A stretch of DNA of 35,025 bases, from NCBI GenBank assembly GCA_046153645.1, contig JBJXGI010000028.1:1-35025 (forward strand), given 5' to 3'. This document shows, piece by piece, positions 26,201 through 35,025 of this stretch (position 1 is its first letter; every line of letters starts with the position of its first letter). A program made the translations under genes and the position numbers. This DNA is from Elusimicrobiota bacterium (GTDB lineage Bacteria > Elusimicrobiota > Elusimicrobia > F11). A model generated the notes under the pieces. That model had not been told where the DNA came from. It saw only the letters and a program-made list of their open reading frames with translations, and searched no databases.

Positions 26201-26212
26201 TAGAACCTCAAA

Positions 26213-27262
26213 TTACTTCCTAAAACCGCAAGAAGCGCGAATCACCAACTCTGGTTTTGGAAGATCCTCGAAAACAATTTTACTCGGGCCTGAATTTTGA
26301 ACAAAACGCAAAACTTGACGAGCTGCAAGCCCCGCCAGCGAGCGGATATCATATTTTACTGTTGATAAAGATGGATTTGTCCATTTAGAAAACTCTAAAT
26401 CGTCCATTCCCATAACAGCTATCTCACCCGGAACTTTAATACCCAGCACTTCTAATCCTTTAAGGATTCCATAGGCCATGGTATCGGAACCAGCAAAGAA
26501 AGCAGTTACGCCTTTATCAACTAATTCTTTTGTTAAAAGTTCGGCTTTTTCAGAATCGAAATGCGCTGTCTTAATAAAAGCTGGATCCACTTCAAGTGAA
26601 TTTTTAGCTAAAGCATTTCGATACCCCAATTCACGATCCCGGCCATTTGAAATTTCAGAGGAACCTGCAATATGGGCGATTTTTTTATGCCCGAGAGAAA
26701 TCAAATGTTGGACAGCAATCTCCGCCCCTCCCACATCATCGGCTTTCGCGCATGGCAAATCCGCACCATCAACCGATCCTCCCACCAAAACAAAAGGGTA
26801 AGGCTCTTTTTCCATTTCCCGTAAGAAAGTATCATTAATAGTGGCGGCCAAATAAACCATCCCATCCACACTCTGTTCTTTTAAAACTCGCAGGTAATAT
26901 CGACGAGAAAGAAAATTTTTCCCTGCTACCTCCACGTGCATTTTATATCCGGCAGGCTGAGTTTCAGCGTGTATTCCTTCCAATGCTTGTTGATAAAAAG
27001 CTCTCGCAATACCAAAAGCTCTTTCAGGTAAAACAACACCAATGTTTCTAGAAACTCTTCTGGCTAAACTCCGCGCCACCACACTCGGACGGTATTCCAT
27101 GGCTTTAACCGTTTCTAGTACTCGACGAGTGGTATCTTCAGGAATTCGAGAATCTCCAGATAAAACCAAAGACACTGTTGAAATAGAAACACCGCAACGA
27201 TTAGCAACATCGCGCATACGAACTCGATTTTTTCCGCTATTAAAAGGAAGGGGAAGCGTCAT
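26213..27262 (-). CDS. LacI family transcriptional regulator
   Basis: MRDVANRCGVSISTVSLVL HTH, YRPSVVARSL hinge, LISLGHKKIA, GMDD, PSLSTV, LVIRASC. Confidence 0.96.
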   Translation of the reverse strand: MTLPLPFNSGKNRVRMRDVANRCGVSISTVSLVLSGDSRIPEDTTRRVLETVKAMEYRPSVVARSLARRVSRNIGVVLPERAFGIARAFYQQALEGIHAETQPAGYKMHVEVAGKNFLSRRYYLRVLKEQSVDGMVYLAATINDTFLREMEKEPYPFVLVGGSVDGADLPCAKADDVGGAEIAVQHLISLGHKKIAHIAGSSEISNGRDRELGYRNALAKNSLEVDPAFIKTAHFDSEKAELLTKELVDKGVTAFFAGSDTMAYGILKGLEVLGIKVPGEIAVMGMDDLEFSKWTNPSLSTVKYDIRSLAGLAARQVLRFVQNSGPSKIVFEDLPKPELVIRASCGFRK

Positions 27263-27264
27263 AA

Positions 27265-27906
27265 TTAATAAGCCGTTACAAAGATAGGAATGTCGCTTCT
27301 ATTCTGTCGGCTTAAACGGCATTTTTCAGATCGAATAATGGCACGTACATTTTGAATGGCTGTCTCTAAATCATCATTGATGATTAAATATTCATAATGC
27401 GAAACATAAGATAACTCTTTTTGAGCGTTAGCAATTCTTGCCTGTAAAATCTCCTCACTATCAGTACCTCTTTTTCTCAGACGCGATTTTAAAACCTCCC
27501 AACTCGGAGGAACCACGAAAACATAAACTCCTTGTGGGTAAATGCGCTTGACTGCCATCGCCCCTTGAGGATCGATTGTGAGAATAATATTCTTATTCGC
27601 CTCTAATTGCTTTTCCAAAAAATCAACAGGTGTGCCGTAATAATTTCCATGCACAACAGCCCATTCTAAAAATTCACCTTTTTCAATTTTTTGTTTAAAT
27701 TGATCAACTGTCATAAAAAAGTAATCAACACCTTCTTTTTCACCAGAACGAGGAGGTCGCGTTGTGCAAGAAATAGACAAAACTTCATCTTGACTCTCTT
27801 TTACAATACGTGTGGCAATGGTTGATTTTCCCGCTCCTGAAGGAGCAGAAATAACAATCGGGATTCCCCGAAATTTCTTTTTATCTTCAGATCTTTTAAT
27901 CGCCAT
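27265..27906 (-). CDS. gmk: Guanylate kinase
   Basis: SAPSGAGKST, SCTTRPPRSGE..GVDYFF, VHGNYYGT. Confidence 0.97.
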   Translation of the reverse strand: MAIKRSEDKKKFRGIPIVISAPSGAGKSTIATRIVKESQDEVLSISCTTRPPRSGEKEGVDYFFMTVDQFKQKIEKGEFLEWAVVHGNYYGTPVDFLEKQLEANKNIILTIDPQGAMAVKRIYPQGVYVFVVPPSWEVLKSRLRKRGTDSEEILQARIANAQKELSYVSHYEYLIINDDLETAIQNVRAIIRSEKCRLSRQNRSDIPIFVTAY

Positions 27907-28840
27907 GGCTCAATCGTAATAATTTTATACCTTCTTGGAAATCTTCTGGCAGAGGCGCTTCCAATGAAAGGGCTTTCCCCGTCAAGGGATGAATGAACTC
28001 AATTTTTCGGGCATGCAGCATTTGCCGAGTAAACTGTTTGAAGTCGCGTTCTGGAATCCCATAAACGTGATCTCCTAAAATAAAATGCCCATAGCCGGCG
28101 AGCTGAACTCTTAATTGGTGAGTCCTTCCCGTTAAAGGATAAAGCTCAATGGTACTGGCAATATCACCAAACTTTTCAATGATTTTAAACTTCGTACTGG
28201 CCCACCGACCTGAAGAAGCAATAGCAAAACGTTGACGTTTGCCTGGATCTCTTTCAATAAAACACTCAATGGTTCCTAAATTGGATTTCATCACGCCATG
28301 AATAAGGGCAAGATAAGTTTTTTTGACCGTTCTCTTCGCGAATTGTTTTGATAAATGTGCGTGACTTTCAGGATTTCTAGCAATAATAATAACACCCGAG
28401 GTATCTCGGTCTAAGCGGTGTACCAAACCAGGGCGAGAATCATCTGGCCAATTTCCATCGGAGATTTTAGGGGCAATAAGCTCAACCAAACTATTTCCAT
28501 CCCGATGCCCTGCGGAAGGATGCACAACCATTCCCACAGGTTTATTCACGACCAGCAATTCATCATCTTCAAAAACAATATCAAATGGGAAAGTGAGGTT
28601 TTTTGAAACAGGTTTTTTTTCTGGTTTTTTAGGCCACTCAACAGAAACCATTTGTCCGATTTTCAACATATGATTGGGTGAAGCGGGGTGATTATCCACC
28701 AGAACAAAACGGCTGTTAATTAATTTTTGCAAACGCGTCCGAGACCATTTTGGATAGGTAACAGAGAGATACTTATCAAGCCGTCCTACTTCATCAAAAT
28801 TTATTTTGTGCTTTTCAATTGTCGCTTTTTCTTTGGACAT
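27896..28840 (-). CDS. rluD: RluA family 23S rRNA pseudouridine synthase with an S4 domain (RluD-like)
   Basis: RLDKYL (S4), NKPVGMVVHP, RPGLVHRLDRDTSG, TGRTHQLRV. Confidence 0.9.
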   Translation of the reverse strand: MSKEKATIEKHKINFDEVGRLDKYLSVTYPKWSRTRLQKLINSRFVLVDNHPASPNHMLKIGQMVSVEWPKKPEKKPVSKNLTFPFDIVFEDDELLVVNKPVGMVVHPSAGHRDGNSLVELIAPKISDGNWPDDSRPGLVHRLDRDTSGVIIIARNPESHAHLSKQFAKRTVKKTYLALIHGVMKSNLGTIECFIERDPGKRQRFAIASSGRWASTKFKIIEKFGDIASTIELYPLTGRTHQLRVQLAGYGHFILGDHVYGIPERDFKQFTRQMLHARKIEFIHPLTGKALSLEAPLPEDFQEGIKLLRLSHGD

Positions 28841-29579
28841 AAATAAACATTCCCATTCCGAATATAATCATCAACATGCTGAGTATTTGAGAAGGTGAAA
28901 AACCGAAGAAAAAATGGCCTCGATCGTCACCTCTGAAAATTTCTACCGTAAACCGAACCAAGGCATATCCCAATAAGTAAAAAACGGACAAAAGCCCCGT
29001 TTTTTTAAGTCGACGAGAGAGAACCGCCGCCAACGCGAAAAAAATGAGATTCAAAAAAAACTCGTATAGTTGGGTAGGGTGTAGTCTGACAAATGATGGA
29101 GCTAAAGCCTCTATATTTTTGAACATGACTGCCCACGGAAGTTCACTGGGCTTCCCATAACAGCAACCCGAACCAAAACACCCCAAACGTCCCAGTGCAT
29201 GCCCTAAAAAAAGACCAGGAACAAAAGCATCAGCAATTTTTAAAAATGGAAGTTTTTTTAGTCGAGAAAAGATCGCTAGAAATAATAAAACAAAAATGAA
29301 ACCGCCATAAAAAACCAAGCCCCCTTCCCAAATTTTAAAAAAAGAAAGTGGATCCGTTTTGAGTTCTAAATGGCCGGTGGTCAAATAATAAAAAACTCTA
29401 GCGCCCAATAACCCGAAAGCAACAATTCCAACCAAGAGTGTTTCAAGAAGAGATAAGGGTAAAGATCTTAAATGAAATTCTTTTTGTGTCCAAAAAAAAC
29501 CCAAATAAAAACCCATCGCAACAAGAAGCCCATAGGTGTGTAATTTAAGCGGACCAAGATGAAATAAAACAGGCAACAT
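28815..29579 (-). CDS. lgt: Prolipoprotein diacylglyceryl transferase
   Basis: IWEGGLVFYGG, GRLGCF..GCCYG, HPTQLYE, EIFRGD. Start placed at ATG 29579 (MLPVLF). Confidence 0.96.
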   Translation of the reverse strand: MLPVLFHLGPLKLHTYGLLVAMGFYLGFFWTQKEFHLRSLPLSLLETLLVGIVAFGLLGARVFYYLTTGHLELKTDPLSFFKIWEGGLVFYGGFIFVLLFLAIFSRLKKLPFLKIADAFVPGLFLGHALGRLGCFGSGCCYGKPSELPWAVMFKNIEALAPSFVRLHPTQLYEFFLNLIFFALAAVLSRRLKKTGLLSVFYLLGYALVRFTVEIFRGDDRGHFFFGFSPSQILSMLMIIFGMGMFIYVQRKSDN

Positions 29580-29596
29580 ACTCAATAAACCCGGGC

Positions 29597-30067
29597 TTAG
29601 GCATCTCTCGAAGAATTGTTTTTAGGTATATGAAAAAAATGACGAATTAAAATTAAAATAGAACCCGTACAAATGGCTGCGTCAGCCACATTAAAATCGG
29701 GCCATGACCAAGATCCGACAAAAAAATGTAAAAAATCAGTTACTCTTCCATACATCACTCGATCGAGTAAATTCCCCATCGCGCCCCCCAAAACCATTCC
29801 GAGAAAATAAGTTGTTATTCGATCTTCCTGGTAGGTTTTATAAGCGAACCAGAACATAAAACCAGCAATCAAAAACCCTGAAAACAAAAAGATATGGTTA
29901 TACCCCTGAAAAAAACCAAAAGCGACGCCCGTATTTTCGACATGTGTTAGTGAGAAAAAAGAAGTGAGTGGAATTTCCGAACCAAGCGCTAATTTTGACC
30001 GGACAAAAAACTTAGTAACCCAATCAAGAAAAAATACACTGGTAAAAATAAGGCCAAAAAGAATCAT
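29597..30067 (-). CDS. lspA: Lipoprotein signal peptidase II
   Basis: NTGVAFG, GGAMGNLLDR, VTDF, FNVADAAI. Likely start ATG 30067, overlapping the ileS stop (ATGA), rather than 30172. Confidence 0.96.
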   Translation of the reverse strand: MILFGLIFTSVFFLDWVTKFFVRSKLALGSEIPLTSFFSLTHVENTGVAFGFFQGYNHIFLFSGFLIAGFMFWFAYKTYQEDRITTYFLGMVLGGAMGNLLDRVMYGRVTDFLHFFVGSWSWPDFNVADAAICTGSILILIRHFFHIPKNNSSRDA

Positions 30068-32868
30068 GCCGCTGTAACATGCTTCGAAACCGAAGTCACA
30101 CATCGCCCACACAAGGTTGGATGAACGCTTTGGGAGCCTACATCTGATCGATAACGCCAGCATCTCTCGCATTTTCCAAACTCGGTTGCTTGTAACGAAA
30201 CCATTCCTTCTTGGGGGGAACCAGCGATCATATGAACATCAGCCATTTGCAAAACAAAAGGCCAATCAATCAAGGGCATCAAATTCTTCTGCTCTTCATT
30301 TAATTTCGAGATATTAAATTTTAGCAGGGCTTCTTGGGACGATTTTAATACCCCTTCTTTTCTTAGGCGATCAAGTTCATCGTTAACAAGCGATCTGATT
30401 TTTAGAATTTCATCCCAATTTTTATTGAGACTTTGAATTTGTTTACTAGAAAATGGAAAGCCAACTTTGATGTTTTTAATTTCATCAAGAAACACGCTTT
30501 CGGGAAGCTCTTTCCAACTTGTGTTTCTAAATTCAAGATAAGCTTCTTCTGAAGTAAAAGAAAGGATTGGCGCCAACAAAACAAACAACGATCTGGCGAT
30601 ATAACTGAGCGCCGTTTGAGCGCTTCTTCTTCGAGGAGAATTTATTTCTTCGCAATACAGAATGTCTTTAATAAGGTCTAAATAAAAACCAGACAATGTC
30701 ACCGAAACAAAACGATTCAGTTCGCTTAACACCAAATGAAATTCATTGGCCTCATAAGCTTTTTCAACTTGCTCCTGAACTTGAGCCAAATGACACAAAA
30801 TCCACTGGTCAACTTCTTCGCACTGCTCTAAAGGAATTTTATTTTGTTCAACCACAAAATCAGAAGTATTTTGCAGTAAGAATCGAAATACATTTCTAAA
30901 TCTTCTATAAACATCAACCATGTGTTTAACAATGTCTTGTGACATGCGAACATCTTCACGGTAATCGCTCATGGCCACCCACAAACGCAACACATCAGCG
31001 CCAAATTTTTGATTGATCTCTTGTGGTGAAACAACATTTCCAACCGACTTAGACATCTTATGCCCTTTCCCATCAACAACAAAACCATGAGTCAAAACAA
31101 TATCATAAGGGGCTTTTTTCTGAAGCGCCACAGAGGGAATGAGGGAAGTTTGAAACCAACCCCGATGCTGATCCGAGCCTTCTAGGTACATGACTTTTGT
31201 AGGAGCGGGATTACTAAAATAGTGCTGAACCACGGTATACCATGAAACACCCGAATCAAACCACACATCTAAAATATCCATTTCTTTTTCAAATACTGTT
31301 CCTTGGCAAGACGCGCATTGAGCAGAAATACCCGCCAACTTAAACAACTCTTCTTCGGAAAAATCGTAATAGGCTTTGGCCCCTTTGGTTCTAATAAGCT
31401 CAACAATCGTTTTATTCAGAGTTTTGTTTTCAAATACTTCGTGGCAACCCTTACAATAAAACACAGCGATGGGCGCGCCCCAATGCCTTTGACGAGACAA
31501 ACACCAATCGGGGCGAACTTGAATCATTCCTTTAATGCGGTGAATTCCATACGAAGGTTCCCATGTCACGGCTTCGATTTCTTTTAATAAAGTTTGGCGA
31601 AAAGAATCACTCACTTCCATGAACCATTGTTTCGTGGCTCTAAAAATAATGGGGTTTTTGCAACGCCAACAATGAGGATAAGAATGTTTGAAGGTTTGAT
31701 GAAAAACAAGATCCGGCCCTAACAATTCCATAACAGCTTTATTGGCTTCTTTGAGGACATGTTTCCCAATCAATTCATCTCGTCCGACAGTTTTATCATA
31801 ACAACCGCGCTCATCGACTGGAGAAGCCACTTCTAAATTCCATTGTTGTCCCACTTGAAAATCTTCAACCCCATGTCCGGGCGCAATGTGGACAATTCCG
31901 GTTCCATCTTCCATTGTGACATAACCGGCCGTAACAACTTGAGACGTCCCTCGCGTTAAAGGGTTGGTCGCCATTAAACCCACAATATCTTTTCCTTTAA
32001 AAGTGACAACGGGACCATCTGTTGCATCAATTTTCTTTTTAACAGTTTCTTTTAACTTCTCAGCGACAATATAAAACGCGTTATCTTTCTGGATAACCGT
32101 GTATTTTTCATCGGGGTGAAAAGCCAGCCCTCGATTGGCGGGTAAAGTCCAAGGCGTTGTTGTCCAAATTAAAATATATTTTTCCCCCTCTCCCAGTTGG
32201 GAGAGAGTTGGGGTGAGGGCATTAAGTTTAAATCGAACAAAAACGGAGTCGGATTGCTTATCGGCGTATTCAACTTCTGCTTCAGCCAACGCGGTTTCAT
32301 CATAAGCGCACCAGTAGCCAGGTTTGAGCCCCTTATAAACAAAACCAGCTTCTTTTAACTGGTAAAAAACATCAACAATCCCTGCTTCATAATCGTTGTT
32401 CAATGTTAAATAAGGATCATCCCATTGACCTAAAATACCAAGGCGCTTAAAATCAAGCTTCTGTTTTTCCACAAATTCTTTTGCATAAACCGTTGCTTTT
32501 TCACGAAGTTCATTGCGCGTTATTTGATGTTTATTTTTCCCCAGTTGTTTAAAAAGCGCATGTTCAATCGGAAGACCATGACAATCCCATCCCGGTTTAT
32601 ATGGAGACCTAAAACCGGCAGCAGATTTATATTTAACCACAATATCTTTGAGCACTTTATTGAGGGCATGCCCCATGTGAATATCACCATTGGCATAAGG
32701 AGGGCCATCATGAAGTAAAAAGACAGGACGATTTTTACGATTGTTTTGGATTTTTTCGTAGAGCTTTGTTTTTTCCCATTCTTCAACCATTTTTGGCTCT
32801 CGGATGGGAAGATCGGCTTTCATAGGAAAGTTGGTTTGAAGCAAATTGACTGTTTTTGAATAATCCAT
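30064..32868 (-). CDS. ileS: Isoleucyl-tRNA synthetase (type 1)
   Basis: HDGPPYANG-HMGH, GWDCHGLPIE, WTTTPWTLP, EGSDQHRGWF, KMSKS, C-terminal CERC..CGRC zinc motif. Likely start ATG 32868 (MDYSKT). Confidence 0.99.
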   Translation of the reverse strand: MDYSKTVNLLQTNFPMKADLPIREPKMVEEWEKTKLYEKIQNNRKNRPVFLLHDGPPYANGDIHMGHALNKVLKDIVVKYKSAAGFRSPYKPGWDCHGLPIEHALFKQLGKNKHQITRNELREKATVYAKEFVEKQKLDFKRLGILGQWDDPYLTLNNDYEAGIVDVFYQLKEAGFVYKGLKPGYWCAYDETALAEAEVEYADKQSDSVFVRFKLNALTPTLSQLGEGEKYILIWTTTPWTLPANRGLAFHPDEKYTVIQKDNAFYIVAEKLKETVKKKIDATDGPVVTFKGKDIVGLMATNPLTRGTSQVVTAGYVTMEDGTGIVHIAPGHGVEDFQVGQQWNLEVASPVDERGCYDKTVGRDELIGKHVLKEANKAVMELLGPDLVFHQTFKHSYPHCWRCKNPIIFRATKQWFMEVSDSFRQTLLKEIEAVTWEPSYGIHRIKGMIQVRPDWCLSRQRHWGAPIAVFYCKGCHEVFENKTLNKTIVELIRTKGAKAYYDFSEEELFKLAGISAQCASCQGTVFEKEMDILDVWFDSGVSWYTVVQHYFSNPAPTKVMYLEGSDQHRGWFQTSLIPSVALQKKAPYDIVLTHGFVVDGKGHKMSKSVGNVVSPQEINQKFGADVLRLWVAMSDYREDVRMSQDIVKHMVDVYRRFRNVFRFLLQNTSDFVVEQNKIPLEQCEEVDQWILCHLAQVQEQVEKAYEANEFHLVLSELNRFVSVTLSGFYLDLIKDILYCEEINSPRRRSAQTALSYIARSLFVLLAPILSFTSEEAYLEFRNTSWKELPESVFLDEIKNIKVGFPFSSKQIQSLNKNWDEILKIRSLVNDELDRLRKEGVLKSSQEALLKFNISKLNEEQKNLMPLIDWPFVLQMADVHMIAGSPQEGMVSLQATEFGKCERCWRYRSDVGSQSVHPTLCGRCVTSVSKHVTAA
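32184..32219. repeat. boxC/REP-like palindromic element in frame within ileS (encodes LTPTLSQLGEG)
   Basis: Reverse complement CCCTCACCCCAACTCTCTCCCAACTGGGAGAGGGGG, similar to 2878-2913. Confidence 0.75.
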
Positions 32869-32876
32869 TGTATAAG

Positions 32877-33420
32877 TTCCAAATCCCAAGCATCAAATAA
32901 CAAACAAAAAATTAAATATTTTTAGAAATTATAGAAGAAAAAATACTAATTAGTTGTGTAGATTCATTAATTAATTTATTTCGTTCTGACTCTAATTCTT
33001 GAGAGTCCATATTTATTTTTAACAACTGAAGCCAATAACGACTCTCTTTTGCTTCTTTTCTAGAAATCTTCAACCTCATTAAAAAATCTTTCTTTCCCAA
33101 AGATTCATTTGCTTCAATATAGTTCGCGCCAACAGAACCAGAAGACCGAATTAATTGCTTTCCATCTTCTAATAAAAATAAGGATCGAGAACACTTCTTG
33201 ATAAAAACTCGAACGTCATATGCAAAGCATAATGTTCTTTGTTCGAGATCATAAATTGGTTTCTTAAAATTATTTTGAGTTTGTTTGAGATTTGGGATTT
33301 GGCAATTCTGGGTTTCCATCTTACTCCTCCTGTTTTTATGATTTTAGGAGGAGATAAAGGTTCCAAACCTCAAGAATCAAATCCAATTTGTTTGGAATTT
33401 GAAATTTGAGGTTTGGAATT
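32877..33420. repeat. Degenerate heptamer (TYYCAAA-like) arrays in inverted orientation around the four-helix-bundle gene, plus an empty upstream copy
   Basis: 32877-32908 TTCCAAA TCCCAAG CATCAAA TAACAAA CAAA versus 33279-33303 TTTG TTTGAGA TTTGGGA TTTGGCA; 13-bp inverted repeat TTCCAAACCTCAA (33361-33373) / TTGAGGTTTGGAA (33406-33418). Confidence 0.7.
32912..33319 (-). CDS. Four-helix-bundle protein (23S rRNA IVS protein family)
   Basis: YDLEQRT, QLIRSSGSVGANYIEAN, DFLMRLKISRKEAKESRYWL; SD AGGAGG upstream. Confidence 0.92.
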   Translation of the reverse strand: METQNCQIPNLKQTQNNFKKPIYDLEQRTLCFAYDVRVFIKKCSRSLFLLEDGKQLIRSSGSVGANYIEANESLGKKDFLMRLKISRKEAKESRYWLQLLKINMDSQELESERNKLINESTQLISIFSSIISKNI

Positions 33421-33427
33421 TAATCGT

Positions 33428-33694
33428 TTATGGAATTGATTCCATTATTTCTTCGAGTTCTTCTTCTGGGCGACCTTCAATTTCGACGGTCTTTTCTTTG
33501 CCTTTTTCTCCGCGGAGAATTTTGACGTTCTGATCGGAAACTTCAAAGAACTCAGAAAGAAACTCAACCAACTCTTGATTGGCTGGGCCATCAATTTCTG
33601 GAGAGGCCAATTTAACACGAACGGTAGAACCAATTCGGCCGGCAATCTCAGTCCAGGTTGAAGCTTTGGGAATAACGCGCACTCGGATGATCAT
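33428..33694 (-). CDS. DUF167 (YggU/UPF0235) family protein
   Basis: IRVRVIPKA, VKLASPEIDGPANQELVEFL, VKILRGEKGKEKTVEI. Confidence 0.9.
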   Translation of the reverse strand: MIIRVRVIPKASTWTEIAGRIGSTVRVKLASPEIDGPANQELVEFLSEFFEVSDQNVKILRGEKGKEKTVEIEGRPEEELEEIMESIP

Positions 33695-33727
33695 AGGTAC
33701 TCCTTATTTGTTTGGGGACAAAAAAAT

Positions 33728-34840
33728 TTACTTAATGACGGCTTCGGTTTCTGCGTCAAAAAACTGAGCGTTTTCCAAATGAAGAACCACGTCAATATTT
33801 TGGTTCACATAAGCCTGATTATCAGGGCTCACCCTTGCCACAATTTGATTCTCTAAAGCTGATAAATATAAATACTTTTCAGCGCCCATGGGTTCAATCA
33901 CTTCAACGGTACTTCGAATGGTTCGCCCCACACCACTTCCTTGATAATAAACTTTGTCATAAATATCTTCGGGCCGAATACCCATAAAAATCTTTTTTCC
34001 TGCATAGGAAGATAATCCTTTAGGACCATCAACCGGCACATCAAAAATTCCCGCAGCCCCATTTTTACCCAAATGCAGTTGGATTTTGTTTCCTTCTTTG
34101 TGAACCATCACCTCAACAAAATTCATGGGTGGATTTCCAATAAAACCGGCAACGAATTTATTGGCAGGCGCATTATAAATATCCAACGGCGGGGCCACTT
34201 GTTGAACTGTTCCATCTTTCATTAAAGCAACCGAAGTGGCCAATGTCATTGCTTCTAGTTGATCATGGGTAACGTATATGATTGTTGTTTGAAGCTTTTT
34301 ATGTAACTTGGCTAATTCAACGCGCATCTTAACGCGCATTTTCGCATCTAAATTTGAAAGCGGTTCATCAAATAAAAATACTGATGGTTTTCTAACAATA
34401 GCGCGTCCAACAGCGACTCGCTGCCGTTGCCCACCTGACAAAGCCTTGGGGCGACGATCTAACAAATGAGAAATTCCTAAAATCTCCGCGGCTTCTTTCA
34501 CTCTTTCATCAATTTCTTTTTTAGAAAAATTTCGCAGCTTCAAACCAAAAGCCATGTTTTCATAAACCGTCATATGCGGGTATAACGCGTAATTCTGGAA
34601 AACCATGGCAATATCGCGGTTTTTTGGCGGAACACCATTAACCAGCCGATCATCTATGTAAATTTCACCCTCAGAAATGTCTTCGAGCCCTGCAATCATT
34701 CGAAGCGTGGTTGATTTACCACAGCCCGAGGGCCCAACAAGCACATAAAATGCCTTATCAGGGATGGTTAGGCTGACGTCTTTAACGACAGCTAAATCAC
34801 CGTATTTCTTCCAAATATTTTTTAAAGTAACTTGGGCCAT
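33728..34840 (-). CDS. Sugar ABC transporter ATP-binding protein (MalK/MsmX/UgpC family)
   Basis: GPSGCGKST, MVFQNYALYPHM, LSGGQRQRVA, FDEPLSNLD, YVTHDQ, GIRPED, TOBE-like tail. Confidence 0.97.
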   Translation of the reverse strand: MAQVTLKNIWKKYGDLAVVKDVSLTIPDKAFYVLVGPSGCGKSTTLRMIAGLEDISEGEIYIDDRLVNGVPPKNRDIAMVFQNYALYPHMTVYENMAFGLKLRNFSKKEIDERVKEAAEILGISHLLDRRPKALSGGQRQRVAVGRAIVRKPSVFLFDEPLSNLDAKMRVKMRVELAKLHKKLQTTIIYVTHDQLEAMTLATSVALMKDGTVQQVAPPLDIYNAPANKFVAGFIGNPPMNFVEVMVHKEGNKIQLHLGKNGAAGIFDVPVDGPKGLSSYAGKKIFMGIRPEDIYDKVYYQGSGVGRTIRSTVEVIEPMGAEKYLYLSALENQIVARVSPDNQAYVNQNIDVVLHLENAQFFDAETEAVIK

Positions 34841-34907
34841 GGTTGGGAATATTGGTTAAGGGCCTGGATATTATCATATTTCAGAAAAAAGGAAAGAGAA
34901 AGTCTTA

Positions 34908-34964
34908 TCCAATACAAGATGAGCCCCAAAATAAGTGTGATTCCAATGCAAGATGAGCCCCAAA
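34908..34964. repeat. Tandem 23-bp direct repeat (period 34), probable subterminal repeats of an IS end
   Basis: TCCAATACAAGATGAGCCCCAAA (34908-34930) and TCCAATGCAAGATGAGCCCCAAA (34942-34964), 22/23 identical. Confidence 0.65.
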
Positions 34965-34997
34965 TAGGGGACATTCCGTGCGTCATAATAGGAGGCT

Positions 34998-35025
34998 ATG
35001 ACAATCGACATGGACGACTCAAATA
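34998..35025 (+). CDS. Start of a gene running off the window (MTIDMDDSN...), possibly a DDE/rve transposase
   Basis: AGGAGG at 34990-34995, with ATGs at 34998 and 35010; the N-terminus recalls MxIxMDDS-type integrase-core transposases. Only 9 codons are visible. Confidence 0.35.

Noticed and set aside
30068..30172. N-terminal extension of LspA in the ORF track
   Set aside because: It overlaps the ileS zinc-finger coding region; the ATGA-coupled start at 30067 gives a normal-length LspA.
32912..33319. DGR accessory (Avd) gene implying a diversity-generating retroelement
   Set aside because: No reverse transcriptase and no template/variable repeat pair seen in the window.
32869..33427. T-box leader for ileS
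   Set aside because: No T-box consensus seen; the space is taken by the four-helix-bundle gene and heptamer repeats.
34908..34964. Possible CRISPR array
   Set aside because: Only two units with an 11-nt spacer, and no cas genes in the window.

Overview
AT-rich bacterial chromosomal window, mostly minus-strand genes. The gene types resemble Elusimicrobiota/Omnitrophota, which is an inference. Housekeeping genes: malK-like ATPase, DUF167, ileS-lspA-lgt-rluD-gmk, LacI, clan GH-A glycosidase, desaturase, glycogen debranching enzyme, Mrp/ApbC, thyA-folA, M48 peptidase, tRNA-Thr(CGT) and tRNA-Val(TAC). The main find is a pair of paralogous very large genes: 11813-18850 (2345 aa) and an ORF starting at 3242 that runs off the left edge (>=1080 aa, missing from the ORF track). 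Both have a signal-like N-terminus, a conserved ~500-aa EreA/ChaN/TraB-like domain and a membrane module with CPBP-like (Abi/CAAX protease) motifs. Their C-terminal cargos differ: a sigma-70 domain (FSTYATWWLRQAI) in one and a class-III-FBPase-like metallophosphoesterase in the other. Their upstream regions share identically spaced motifs. Also present: boxC-like palindromes inserted in frame in two genes, a cluster of decayed TA, nuclease and tRNA fragments at tRNA-Thr, a tandem pair of unclassified glycosidase-like proteins, a heptamer-flanked four-helix-bundle gene, and a probable IS end at the right edge. Family assignments come from motif recognition by eye; no searches were run.
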